Counted from the stretch's first letter, positions 22,791-32,919 are shown. The stretch is 64,000 nucleotides of DNA from an uncultured Solirubrobacterales bacterium (GCA_963756105.1 CAVWMM010000008.1:93266-157265); one strand, 5' to 3'. Translations and numbers: made by a program. Notes: generated by a model from the letters alone, not told the origin.

Positions 22791-23452
22791 TGGTCAAGCG
22801 GACGCTCGACCTCCTCATCGCGGTGCCGGGGACGCTGCTGACGGCGCCGATGATCGGGGCGATTGCGCTCGCGATCAGGCTGGAGAGCAAGGGATACCCG
22901 ATCTATACGCAGACGCGCGTGGGTGCAAGGACGGGCGGGAGTTCGCGATCTACAAGCTGCGCACCATGGTCCATGGCGCTGAGTTCGTCGGTGCGGGCCT
23001 TGCGATCCAGGAGGGCGACGAACGCATCACGCGCATCGGCTCGATGCTGCGCCGCTACTCGCTCGATGAGCTGCCCAACCTTTGGAACGTGCTCCGCGGG
23101 GAGATGTCGATCGTCGGGCCGCGACCCGACCATTCCGGTCCAGGTCAACCAGTACACCGAAAGGCAGTTCGGGCGGCTCAGGGTGAAGCCCGGGATCACC
23201 GGCTGGGCGCAGGTCAACGGCCGCGCGGCGCTTCCGTGGACGGAGCGCATCGAGCTCGATCTGTGGTACGTCGAGCATCAATGCCTGGCGCTCGATCTGC
23301 GCATCCTCGCGCGGACCGTGCGGCTGGTGGGCTCGGGCCGGGGCCTCTACAAGGGAGAGACCGGCGGATGGCAGCAGGCCGCATCGGCCGACGGAGCGCA
23401 GCCGTCCGCGCAGACCTCGGTCCCGCCCGCCGGGGGCGCGCAGCGCACGTGA
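22790..23452 (+). CDS. Undecaprenyl-phosphate phosphoglycosyl transferase (Bac_transf, PglC/WcaJ-like), frameshifted
   Basis: KRTLDL, YTQTRVG, YKLRTM, SLDELP, GEMSIVGPRP and KPGITGWAQVNGR motifs. Confidence 0.9.
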   Translation: MVKRTLDLLIAVPGTLLTAPMIGAIALAIRLESKGYPIYTQTRVGARTGGSSRSTSCAPWSMALSSSVRALRSRRATNASRASARCCAATRSMSCPTFGTCSAGRCRSSGRDPTIPVQVNQYTERQFGRLRVKPGITGWAQVNGRAALPWTERIELDLWYVEHQCLALDLRILARTVRLVGSGRGLYKGETGGWQQAASADGAQPSAQTSVPPAGGAQRT

Positions 23453-23486
23453 GCGAGCGCCGCGGACAGCAGGGGTAGACCGATAG

Positions 23487-24518
23487 ATGGACGACGTCGC
23501 GATCCTGCTCACCGGCGTGGGCAAGCGCTACGACATCGTGTCGGCCTTCGCCCAGCATGCCACGGTCGTCGCGGTCGACCCCAACCCGCTCGCGCCGGCG
23601 CAGTATGCGGCCCACCACCGCAGCTCTGTCCCGCGCATCCACGACCCCGGCTACGTCCCCGCACTGCGCGAGCTCTGTGATCGGTTCGGCGTGGGCGCGG
23701 TCGTGCCTCTCACCGACCTCGACATCGAGGTGCTCGCCCACGCCCGCGTCGCGGGGGCTCTGCCGGCGCTCGTGCCGGATCCCGAGATCGCCGCGGCGAT
23801 GTACGACAAGTACGACGCCCACCTGGCGCTAACGCGCGCGGGGCTCCCCTCGCCGCCGACGGCGCTTCCGGGGGAGCCCGTCGAGGCCTACCCCGTGATG
23901 GTGAAGCCCCGGCGCGGCTCGGGCGCCCGCTCGATCCATCGCGCCGACGACGCCCGGGCCGTCGAGTTCTTCGTCGATTACGTCCCCGAAGACACCATGG
24001 TCCAGCGCTTCATGGACGGTCCCGAGTTCTCGATCGACGCGCTTTCGGACGCGCACGGGCGCTGCTTGAACGCGATCCCCCGCACCATGATCGAGTCGCG
24101 CGGCGGCGAGTCGATCAAGGGGACGGTGATCGCCGACCGGGAGTTGGTGGCGCTGGGGCGCAGCGTCGTGGAGGCGCTGTCGCTGCGCGGACCGAGCACC
24201 ATTCAGGTCTTCCGCGATCGCGAGATCGGACTGGGCATTACCGACGTGAATCCGCGCTTTGGCGGCGCCTTCCCCGCCCCGATGTATGCCGCCCTTCCGG
24301 GCCGCACCTATCCCGAGCTGATCGTGCGCATGGCGCGCGGCGAGGAGATCGAGCCGCGCGTGGGCGAGTTCCGCGCGGGCATGACTTTCACGCGCTACTT
24401 CTGGCAGCTCGAGCTCGACGAGGGGCTCGCGCCGACCGGGCGCGACATCGTGACGCCGCCCGGCCCCCCGCCACGCGCGGAGTCCTTCGCACGGGGGATA
24501 TCCCAGCCTACTGGTTAG
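23487..24518 (+). CDS. ATP-grasp domain protein
   Basis: DK, VKPRRGSGA, QRFMDGPEFSID and DVNPRFGG ATP-grasp motifs; last gene of the glycan operon. Confidence 0.85.
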   Translation: MDDVAILLTGVGKRYDIVSAFAQHATVVAVDPNPLAPAQYAAHHRSSVPRIHDPGYVPALRELCDRFGVGAVVPLTDLDIEVLAHARVAGALPALVPDPEIAAAMYDKYDAHLALTRAGLPSPPTALPGEPVEAYPVMVKPRRGSGARSIHRADDARAVEFFVDYVPEDTMVQRFMDGPEFSIDALSDAHGRCLNAIPRTMIESRGGESIKGTVIADRELVALGRSVVEALSLRGPSTIQVFRDREIGLGITDVNPRFGGAFPAPMYAALPGRTYPELIVRMARGEEIEPRVGEFRAGMTFTRYFWQLELDEGLAPTGRDIVTPPGPPPRAESFARGISQPTG

Positions 24519-25345
24519 CGGCCGTCCGCGACGACCGGACCGCCGCCGGGCTCCAGCACTCCGCGACGAATTGCGCGATCTCCGCTGTCAGCCGGGCGGG
24601 CTTCGTGCGCAGCTCGATGATCGAGTTGGCGGCGATCAGCCGTGAGTTGGGAAGCTCGCCGGCGAGCATGTCGGCGTCCGAGAAGGGGTGAACGGGATCG
24701 CGGGGGTGTCCGATGATCAGCGCCGGCGCCTCGAAGTGGCGTCGCTCGTTGCGCTGGGGCGCGGTATGGCCGAAGACGATTCCCTGCAGCAACGCCGCGC
24801 TGGGACCCGGATCCTGCGCGACCGCATCAAGGGTGAGTTCCAGCAGCAGCGGCAAGCGCCTCCGGTGCAACCTCCCCGCGGCACGCGCCAGCGGCGCCAT
24901 CACCGGCTCGCCGAACGTGAGCGCGAACAGCAGCGGCGTGAACACCGCCGCACACGCCGGGATGGCGTTGTCGAGCACGGGCATCTCGATGATCATGCCC
25001 CGCAGACGCTCCGGGGCCGACGCCGCAACCTCGAGCGTGACGTTGGCGCCCAATGAAGTGCCGCCGACAACCGCCTGGTCGAGATCGAGGTGGTCGAGCA
25101 GCGCCACGGTCTGCGCGGCGAAGGCCGTCATCGAGTAGCGCCACATGTCGCGCGGTCGGTCCGACGCGCCGTGGCCGAGCGGGTCGAAGGTCACGACCCT
25201 GTTGCCGCGCCGCTGCCAGCTCCCGGGCCAGCGGCGCCTGCATCTTCTGCGAGAGCAGCAGACCCGGCAGCAGCACCGTGGTGCGCGTACCCTCTCCGCG
25301 GACCGTGTAGGCGAGGCGCTGGCCGTCGTAGCGGAAGTACTCCAT
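24508..25345 (-). CDS. Alpha/beta hydrolase, frameshift near 25210
   Basis: DPLGHGAS, GTSLG nucleophile elbow, DPVH. Confidence 0.8.
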
Positions 25346-25395
25346 CGGTCAACACGGTACCGTCTGGCCCCCACAGCACTGGCAGGAGGAACCAC

Positions 25396-26337
25396 ATGGC
25401 TAAAGCTTCACGGCCGCTCGTCGGCGAGGTCGTCGCGATCACGGGTGGCGCGCGTGGAATCGGGCGGGCGACCGCCGCGGCCCTGATCGCCCAGGGGGCG
25501 AAGGTCGCGATCGGCGACCTCGACTCCGCACTGGCCGCACACACCGCCCAGGAACTCGGCCACGGGACAGTTGGGCTTCCGCTCGACGTCACCAACCAGT
25601 CGAGCTTCGAGAACTTCCTCGAGCAGGTGGAGCGGGAACTCGGCCCGCTTGACATCCTCGTCAACAACGCCGGCATCATGCCGATCGGCGCCTTCGTGGA
25701 GGAGGGCGACGAGGCGGCGCGCGCGCTCGTCGACATCAACATCCACGGCGTCATCTTCGGCTCCAAGCTCGCGCTCGCGCGCTTTCTGCGCAGAGGCCGG
25801 GGCCACCTGGTGAACATCGCTTCGGTGGCCGGAAAGGTCGGGATTCCGGGCGGCGCCACCTACAGCGCGACCAAGCACGCCGTAGTGGGTCTGAGCGAAG
25901 CCATTCGCGCCGAGGTCCGTGGCCGCGACATCAGCGTGAGCGTGGTGATGCCGGTCGTCGTCCACACCGATCTCGGGTCCGGCCTCCCCGAGACGCGCGG
26001 GTTCAAGGCCGTCGAGCCCGAGGACGTCGCAGCCGCGATCGTCGACGCGCTCCAGTGCAACCGCTACGAGGTCTACGTGCCCAAGTCGCTGCGCGGGATG
26101 ATGAGGGCCAAAGCCGTCTTTCCTCCCTGGGTCACCGACGCGATCGCGCGGCTGCTCAAGAGCGATCAGGTCCTGATGGCGCCCGACCACCGACGGCGCG
26201 CCGCCTACGAGGCGCGCCTCGCCGCCGACGTGCAGCGAGTGCCGAGCGCGCTCGGCGCCGAGCCGCAGTCTGAGGCCACGCAAGAGCCCGCTCGGGCCGC
26301 GAGCGGAGCCCCCACGGGGACGGCCGGGGCGCGATGA
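25396..26337 (+). CDS. Short-chain dehydrogenase/reductase
   Basis: TGGARGIG, NNAG and YSATK motifs; AGGAGG RBS. Confidence 0.9.
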   Translation: MAKASRPLVGEVVAITGGARGIGRATAAALIAQGAKVAIGDLDSALAAHTAQELGHGTVGLPLDVTNQSSFENFLEQVERELGPLDILVNNAGIMPIGAFVEEGDEAARALVDINIHGVIFGSKLALARFLRRGRGHLVNIASVAGKVGIPGGATYSATKHAVVGLSEAIRAEVRGRDISVSVVMPVVVHTDLGSGLPETRGFKAVEPEDVAAAIVDALQCNRYEVYVPKSLRGMMRAKAVFPPWVTDAIARLLKSDQVLMAPDHRRRAAYEARLAADVQRVPSALGAEPQSEATQEPARAASGAPTGTAGAR

Positions 26338-26437
26338 ACGAAACGTCCCAGGCGCCGTGTACACAGACGCGGCGCTGCAGTCAAAAGTCCTCTAATCGCG
26401 CACGAACCTTTCGCTAACAGCCGTCCACGCCGCCGCA

Positions 26438-26600
26438 TAGAATTCACGGTCTTTCCCCCGTGAGTTCGAATCCGCATCGGCTATCCTCCGGCGCTTCGGA
26501 GGTCAGCGGGCGCTTTGGCGTTGGCCGACCAAGGCTGGCCGGCCGAGGTGCTGAGCCGAACGTCCTGAGCACTAACGACTTCAAGTAAACGGAGCGAAGC
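26438..26600 (+). promoter_or_regulatory. Putative -10 (TAGAAT) and structured ~150-nt leader of sqdB
   Basis: TAGAAT at 26438-26443; hairpins at 26485-26502, 26523-26544 and 26548-26572. Confidence 0.35.
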
Positions 26601-27788
26601 ATGCGAATCTTGGTTCTGGGTGGTGACGGGTACCTGGGATGGCCGACGGCCGTTCATCTTTCCGCGGCCGGCCACGAGGTGGCGGTCGCCGACAACTTCG
26701 CGCGCCGAAGCTACGACGAGGAGCTTGGCGTCGAGAGCCTCGTCCCGATCGCGACGCTCGAGGAGCGCATCGCGGCCTGGGCGGAAGTGAGCGGCAAGAC
26801 GATCAAGAGCTACATCGGCGATCTCTGCGACCCGGCGTTCGTCCACCAGATGGTCGGCGACTTCCGCCCCGAGAGCATCGTCCACTTCGCCGAGCAGCGC
26901 GCCGCGCCGTACTCGATGATCGACCAGGCGCACGCGGTCTACACCCAGACCAACAACGTCGTCGGCAACCTCAACGTGATGTACGCGATCGCCGACATCG
27001 ACCGCGACATCCACCTCGTGAAGCTCGGGACGATGGGCGAGTACGGGACCCCCAACATCGACATCGAGGAAGGCTGGCTCGAGGTCGAGCACAACGGCCG
27101 CAACGATCGCATGCTCTACCCGAAGCGGCCTGGGTCCTTCTACCACTGCTCGAAGGTCCACGACAGCCACAACATCGAGTTCGGCTGCCGGATCTGGGGG
27201 ATGCGCGCGACCGACCTCAACCAGGGCGTCGTCTACGGCGCCGACACCGAGCACACCAAGCTCGACCCCCGGCTGTCGACGCGCTTCGACTACGACGGCG
27301 TGTTCGGCACGGTGCTCAACCGCATGGTGATTCAGGCCGTGCTCGGCCACCCGCTCACGGTGTACGGCAACGGCTGTCAGACCCGCGGGCTGATCAACAT
27401 CGTCGACACGGTCGAGTGCATCCGGATCGCCTGCGAGAACCCCGCCGACCGAGGCGAGTTCCGCGTCTTCAACCAGATGACCGAGTCGATGTCGATCAAG
27501 CAGATCGCCGAGACCGTCGCCGAGACATACCCCGGCGAGGCGACGATCGAGCACGTCTAGAACCCGCGCGTCGAGCTCGAGGACCACTACTACAACGTCA
27601 AGCACACCGCGCTGGAGGGGCTCGGCCTGAAGCCGACGCTGCTCTCGACGACGCTGATCGATCACCTGTTCGACGTGGTCGAGCGCCACAAGGACCGCGT
27701 CGACCTTGCGGCGATCATGCCGACGGTCAACTGGCAGTCGACCTCGAGCGAGCTGCCGGCGACCGCCCGCGCGCTGACCGAGAAGTGA
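26601..27788 (+). CDS. sqdB: UDP-sulfoquinovose synthase (SqdB/SQD1/Agl3 family), with in-frame TAG at 27558-27560
   Basis: GGDGYLGWPT, HFAEQRAAPYSM, KLGTMGEYG, PGSFYHCSKVHDS, TDLNQGVVYG and RVFNQ motifs; after the TAG the frame continues NPRVELEDHYYN. Confidence 0.9.
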
Positions 27789-28820
27789 GCGACGCGGGTC
27801 GCGCGGAGCCGCGGGGGGCGGATCTTCGCGGCCACCGCGTGCTGGTCACCGGCGGCTCGGGCTTCATCGGCCGCCAGGTCGTGGCCGAGCTCTCGCGGCC
27901 GGGCGCCCGGGTCCGCGTCGTCGACCTCAAGCCCCATCCCGACCCGTCGGTGGAGCTCGTTCAGGGCGACATCGCCGATCCCGCCGTGCTCGAGCGGGCG
28001 TTCGCGGAGGGCGTCGACGCGGTGGTGCACCTCGCGGCGGTCACCTCGGTGCTGCGCTCGCTCGAGCACCCGGACCTGACCTTACGCGACCAACGTCGCC
28101 GGGACCCACAACCTGCTCGAGGCGCCCGCGCGGCGGGCGTTCGCGCGCTCGCCTTCGCCTCGACCAACGCGGTCACCGGCCCGATGGAGGCCCGGCGATC
28201 ATCGAGACGGCGGCGCTGCGTCCGCTCACTCCCTACGGCGCGACGAAGGCCGCCGCCGAGATGCTGATGTCCGCCTACACGAGCCTCCTACGGCCTGCGG
28301 TGTGCGTGCGCTGCGGCTGACGAACGTCTACGGCCCGGGCATGCAGGCGAAGGACAGCATCGTCGCCCGCCTGATGCGCGCGATCCGGCTGGGTCGGACG
28401 TTCGAGATCTACGGCGACGGGCGCCAGGTGCGCGACTACGTGCACGTCGCGGACGTGGTCGACGCGGTCAGGCTCGCGCTCGCGGGCGCGGATTGGGAGG
28501 GGCCGATGGTGATCGGCACGGGACGCTCCCTCTCGGTGCTCGAGGTCGTCGAGGAGGTGCGGCGGGTCACCGGGGCGGAGCTCGACGTGCGCCACGGGCC
28601 CGCCAAGCCCGGCGAGATGCCGGCCGTGATCGTGGACCCGAGCCGCGCGCGGGCCGCCGGGCTGGTCGCCGCGCGTACGACTTCGCGCGAGGGGCTGCGC
28701 GGCGTGTGGGAGGAATGGTCGGCGGCCGATGTCGAGGCCATGACCGGGCCGCTCTCGGTGCCAGGGATGGACGGCTCGGCCACCGCGAGCTCGCGGCCGT
28801 CCGGACGGGCACCTGAGCGC
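27785..28820 (+). CDS. NAD-dependent epimerase/dehydratase, frameshifted; boundary with next gene uncertain
   Basis: TGGSGFIG, HLAA, PYGATK, NVYGPG and GDGRQVRDYVHV motifs. Confidence 0.8.
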
Positions 28821-29671
28821 ATGACCGTCGCGCGGGGCCCCTCCGAGCTCCAGGCCGAGCTCGAACGCCTTGAGCCGGTCGAGCGCGGAGCCGCCGCTGG
28901 GTTCCTCGCGGCCATCCCCCGCGCGGCGGGCGCGCCGCTCGCGGTCGTGATCCCCGCCTACAACGAGGAGCCGACGGTCGCGGACGGTGGTCCGGAGAGT
29001 CCCGGCGAGGCCGCCGGGCTGCGGACCGAGGTGATCGTCGTGGTCGACGGCGCGCGTGACGGGACCGCCGAGCGGGCGCCGAGGGCGGGCGCGCTGGTGT
29101 GCGACGTTCCGGTCAACCGCGGCCAGGGCGCGGCGCTGAGGCTCGGCTACTGGCTCGCGCGGGCGCGCGGCGCGCAGGTGATCGCGACCATCGACGCCGA
29201 CGGGCAGTACGAGCCCGGCGAGCTCGACCGCGTGGTCGAGCCGATCCTCTCGGGCCGGGCTGACTTCGTGTCGGGTCACGGCGCCTGGGCAACGAGCTCA
29301 CCACCGATCGCGTCCGCCATCTCGGCGTGATCGTTTTCGGCGCGCTGATCAGCGTGCTCGTCCGTGCGCGGGTCACCGACCCTGCGTGCGGCATCCGCGC
29401 GATGCGCGCCGAGGTGACCGCCGCCGTCACGCTCGAGCAGCCGCAGTACCAGGCCTCGGAGCTGATGATCTCAGCGCGGCGCTGCACGGCTTCAGGCTCG
29501 CCGAGGTGCCGACGACCATGCGCGACCGCGAGGTTCACGCGACCGCGACCAAGAAGGGCGGGAACTTCGGCTACGGAGTGCGGTTCGCGCGCGCCGCGTT
29601 GAAGCACCTGGATGCGCGACCGCAAGGCGGTGCGCACGCGGCTGCGCCCGGAGAAGATCCACAGCTCGTAG
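28821..29671 (+). CDS. Glycosyltransferase family 2 (polyprenol-phosphate glycosyltransferase-like), frameshifted
   Basis: IPAYNEE, VVDG..D, NRGQG, TIDADGQY and TDPACGIRA motifs. Confidence 0.8.
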
Positions 29672-30063
29672 ATCACGAAGCGCACCGCGAACAGGATCGC
29701 GAACACCGCGAGGTAGGACGCCGTCACGAGCGCCACGCGGAGCCCGTAGTGAGCGGGGAGGCTCATCACCTGGTGCTGCGTCCAGGCGGTCGCCTCCGAG
29801 GACGCCAGCAGCGTCAGCGCCGAGACCACCACGTAGGCGACGATCTCGCGCCCGAACGCCACGCGGCCCTTGACCTGCCAGGCCCAGCGGCGATTCAGCA
29901 TCCAGTTGGGGATCGCGCCGGCGATGAACGCGATCACCGAGCAGGCTGTGGTGCCGACGCCCATGATGTACAGCACGGCGAACACGACCGCGCTGGTGGC
30001 CGCGGCGACGATCGAGCCGATCGTGTAGCGCGTGATGCGTACCCCGAGGGCAGAGCGTCGCAT
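29571..30063 (-). CDS. GtrA family protein
   Basis: RYTIGS, NWMLNRRWAW and RFVIYELWIF; four TMs; stop inferred after one-base correction. Confidence 0.75.
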
Positions 30064-30172
30064 CCGCTTGAAGCGTTCTGCGAACACGGGTTTGCCAATC
30101 CTAGCGGCAAAACGGGTTATCGCCGGCCGATCGGACGTTATGGCCGCATGAAACGGTAGGTTCTCTGCCCGC

Positions 30173-31024
30173 ATGCGGATCTGCACTGCGGCCGATGAGC
30201 TCGCGCTCGACGAGGATCTGCTGATCGAAGGCGACAACGCCCCTGCGCTCGCCAAGCTGCCCGAGGGGGCGTTCGATCTCGTCTACATGGATCCGCCGTT
30301 CAACACCGGTCGGGCGCGCACACGCGACACCGTCGCGGTCCAGGCCGATCCACGGGCGGCGCGAATCGGGTTCGGCGGGCGCAGCTACAGCTCGCGCCTG
30401 CTGCGGACGCTCAGCTTCGAGGACAGCTTCGCGAACTACCTCGAGTTTCTGGGTTCTCGCCTGCAGCGGATCCGCGCGCTGCTAGCTCCTCACGGAACGC
30501 TCTATGTCCACATCGACTATCGCGAGGCCCACTACTGCAAGTTGCTTTTGGACGAGGTCTTCGGACGCGAGGCGTTCCTCAACGAGATAATCTGGAGCTA
30601 CGACTACGGCGGGAAGCCACGCCGCCGTTGGCCTGCCAAGCACGACACGATCCTCGTCTACGTGCGCACACCGGGGGGCCACCACTTCGATGCCGAGGCG
30701 GTCGAGCGCGAGCCGTACATGGCTCCCGGGCTGGTCGGCGCCGAGAAGGCACGCCGTGGCAAACGCCCCACCGATGTCTGGTTCCACACGATCGTCCCCA
30801 CCAACGGCCGCGAGAAGACCGGTTACCCGACGCAGAAACCCGAGAGGGTCATCAAGCGCTGCGTGGCGGCCTCGTCCCGCCCGGGCGGGTGGTGCCTGGA
30901 CCCGTTCGCCGGCTCGGGGACGCTCGGCGCGGTCTGCAGTGAGCTCGGACGGCGCTTCGTGTTGATCGACTCGAGTCCGGCCGCGCTCGCGGTCATGCGA
31001 GAGCGCCTGGGCGCGGGCGTATGA
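30173..31024 (+). CDS. Orphan amino-DNA methyltransferase (N6A/N4C, beta class)
   Basis: YMDPPF precedes YPTQKP and LDPFAGSGT; no adjacent restriction enzyme. Confidence 0.9.
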   Translation: MRICTAADELALDEDLLIEGDNAPALAKLPEGAFDLVYMDPPFNTGRARTRDTVAVQADPRAARIGFGGRSYSSRLLRTLSFEDSFANYLEFLGSRLQRIRALLAPHGTLYVHIDYREAHYCKLLLDEVFGREAFLNEIIWSYDYGGKPRRRWPAKHDTILVYVRTPGGHHFDAEAVEREPYMAPGLVGAEKARRGKRPTDVWFHTIVPTNGREKTGYPTQKPERVIKRCVAASSRPGGWCLDPFAGSGTLGAVCSELGRRFVLIDSSPAALAVMRERLGAGV

Positions 31025-32904
31025 CTGAGATCTACGTCACCCCCGTAGGATCGTCTCGCACCAGTTCGCTTGACGGCTCGGGCTCGCGCAACGGTTCACA
31101 ACGCCGCCGGCGTCACACGCGTCGCAGGCGGCAGCTGCGCTTGCTGGTCCTGCTCGCGCTGATCCTCGCCGCCGCCGTCGGCGCGGCCTTCGCGCTCAAG
31201 GGCGCCCGCGCCCGCGTCAGCTCCCCCGTGGCTGTGTTTCCGATCCCCGGAAGCCGCGTCGTATCGCCCGACGCCCAGATCGCGTTCCGCGGCGTCTCGC
31301 CCCAAAAGCTCTCCCACATCGTCGTGCGCGGCTCCAAGAGCGGCCTTCATCGCGGCCGCATCGAGGGCGACTCGGACGGCGACGGCGGGAGCTTCCTGCC
31401 GGCCAAGCCGTTTACGCCCGGAGAGCGGGTCACGGTGCAGACGCGCCTGAAGATCGCCGGGATCTCTGGGGGCAAGTTCCACTTCACCGTGGCCTATCCC
31501 GCGACCGGGTCGCCGCCGGGGGGCCTCGCCCAAGCGGCGCGCGTTCCGGGCGATGTTCTTCACTTCAACTCGCAACCTGACCTCTCGCCCGCCGCCGTCG
31601 AGCTCGCGCACGATGGCCCCCAGGGTCCCGGCGGTGACCTCTTCCTCACTCCCCAGCAGGGACCGGTCCAGGACGGCCCTATGATCGTCAACCCCAGCGG
31701 TCAGCTCGTCTGGTTCAAAGCGATGCCCAAGGGCGTGCTCGCCACGGACTTCCGCGTGCAGAGCTATCAGCACAAGCCCGTCCTGACGTGGTGGCAGGGC
31801 CAGGTTCGCGGCGGCGTCGGCTACGGCGAGGACGTCGTCATGAGTCGCTCGTACCGCCAGCTCGCGACCATCAGAGGCGCCAACGGGCTGCGTCCCGACC
31901 TCCACAACTTCGACCTGACGCCGCAGGGGACCGCGCTGATCACGGCTTACTTTCCCGTCTGGTGGAACGCGACCTCGGTGCACGGAGCGAAGCGACAGGT
32001 GGTGATCGACTCCGTGGTCCAGGAGGTCGAGGTTCGCACCGGCCTGGTGCTCTTTCAATGGGACAGCCTCGACCACATTCCGCTGCGCGACTCGTACGGC
32101 CCCGTTCCGAAGTCGGGGAACATCCCCTGGGACTACTTCCACGTCAATTCGGTCGCCCGAGCCCCGGGCGGCCGCCTGCTCATCTCGGCGCGCACGACGT
32201 GGGCGGTCTACGAGCTCGACCAGCACACCGGACGGGTGCTGTGGACGCTCGGCGGCAAGGCCTCGAGCTTCCACATGGGACGCGGTGTCGGGTTCGCCTT
32301 CCAGCACGACGCGACCTTCCTGCCTCACCAATCGAAGCTGCTGAGCGTTTTTGACGACGGGGCCGGACCGCCCGACGTCCACAAGCAGTCGCGCGCGATC
32401 ACGATTGCGCTCAACTACCGACGCATGACCGCGTCGCTCGTGCGGGCCGACGAGCACACGCCGAGCGTCCTCGCCAACTTCGAGGGCAATGTGCAGAACC
32501 TGCCCGACGGCAGCCAGGTCGTCGGCTGGGGCGAGTCGCCCTACATCAGCGAGTTCAACGCGCAGGGCAAGCTGACCTTCGACGCTCGCTTCGTCGGCGA
32601 CAACTCCACCTATCGGGCCTATGTGTTCCCCTGGCAGGGGGACCCGCAGACGCTCCCCGCGCTCGCGACCTCGACAGACGGTGAGAGCGAGACCGTCTAC
32701 GCGAGCTGGAACGGCGCCACCGATGTCGCCCAGTGGCGCGTGCTCGGGGGCCCCAGCCGCGGGTCGCTTCAGGCGATCGCGCTCACGCCCAAGCAAGGGT
32801 TCGAGACAGCCGTGCAGATCGTGCCGGCGACCTACGTCGCGGTACAGGCGCTCGGAGCGAATGGTCGGGTGCTTGCGACCTCCAAGCCCATTCGCTCGCA
32901 GTAG
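31021..32904 (+). CDS. Arylsulfotransferase (ASST) family secreted/membrane-anchored protein
   Basis: DLHNF, WDYFHVNSV, FAFQHDA, GNVQNLPDG and YRAY motifs; N-terminal TM. Confidence 0.8.
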   Translation: MTEIYVTPVGSSRTSSLDGSGSRNGSQRRRRHTRRRRQLRLLVLLALILAAAVGAAFALKGARARVSSPVAVFPIPGSRVVSPDAQIAFRGVSPQKLSHIVVRGSKSGLHRGRIEGDSDGDGGSFLPAKPFTPGERVTVQTRLKIAGISGGKFHFTVAYPATGSPPGGLAQAARVPGDVLHFNSQPDLSPAAVELAHDGPQGPGGDLFLTPQQGPVQDGPMIVNPSGQLVWFKAMPKGVLATDFRVQSYQHKPVLTWWQGQVRGGVGYGEDVVMSRSYRQLATIRGANGLRPDLHNFDLTPQGTALITAYFPVWWNATSVHGAKRQVVIDSVVQEVEVRTGLVLFQWDSLDHIPLRDSYGPVPKSGNIPWDYFHVNSVARAPGGRLLISARTTWAVYELDQHTGRVLWTLGGKASSFHMGRGVGFAFQHDATFLPHQSKLLSVFDDGAGPPDVHKQSRAITIALNYRRMTASLVRADEHTPSVLANFEGNVQNLPDGSQVVGWGESPYISEFNAQGKLTFDARFVGDNSTYRAYVFPWQGDPQTLPALATSTDGESETVYASWNGATDVAQWRVLGGPSRGSLQAIALTPKQGFETAVQIVPATYVAVQALGANGRVLATSKPIRSQ

Positions 32905-32919
32905 GCTCGGCGCGGCCCG

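Noticed and set aside
26460-26480. GTTCGAATCC resembling a tRNA T-loop
   Set aside because: The flanking T-stem does not pair and no cloverleaf or acceptor stem can be formed.
28302-29330. Apparent epimerase-GT2 fusion
   Set aside because: Cannot be trusted given dense indels. An off-frame TGA lies just before a plausible ATG at 28821, so it was treated as two genes.
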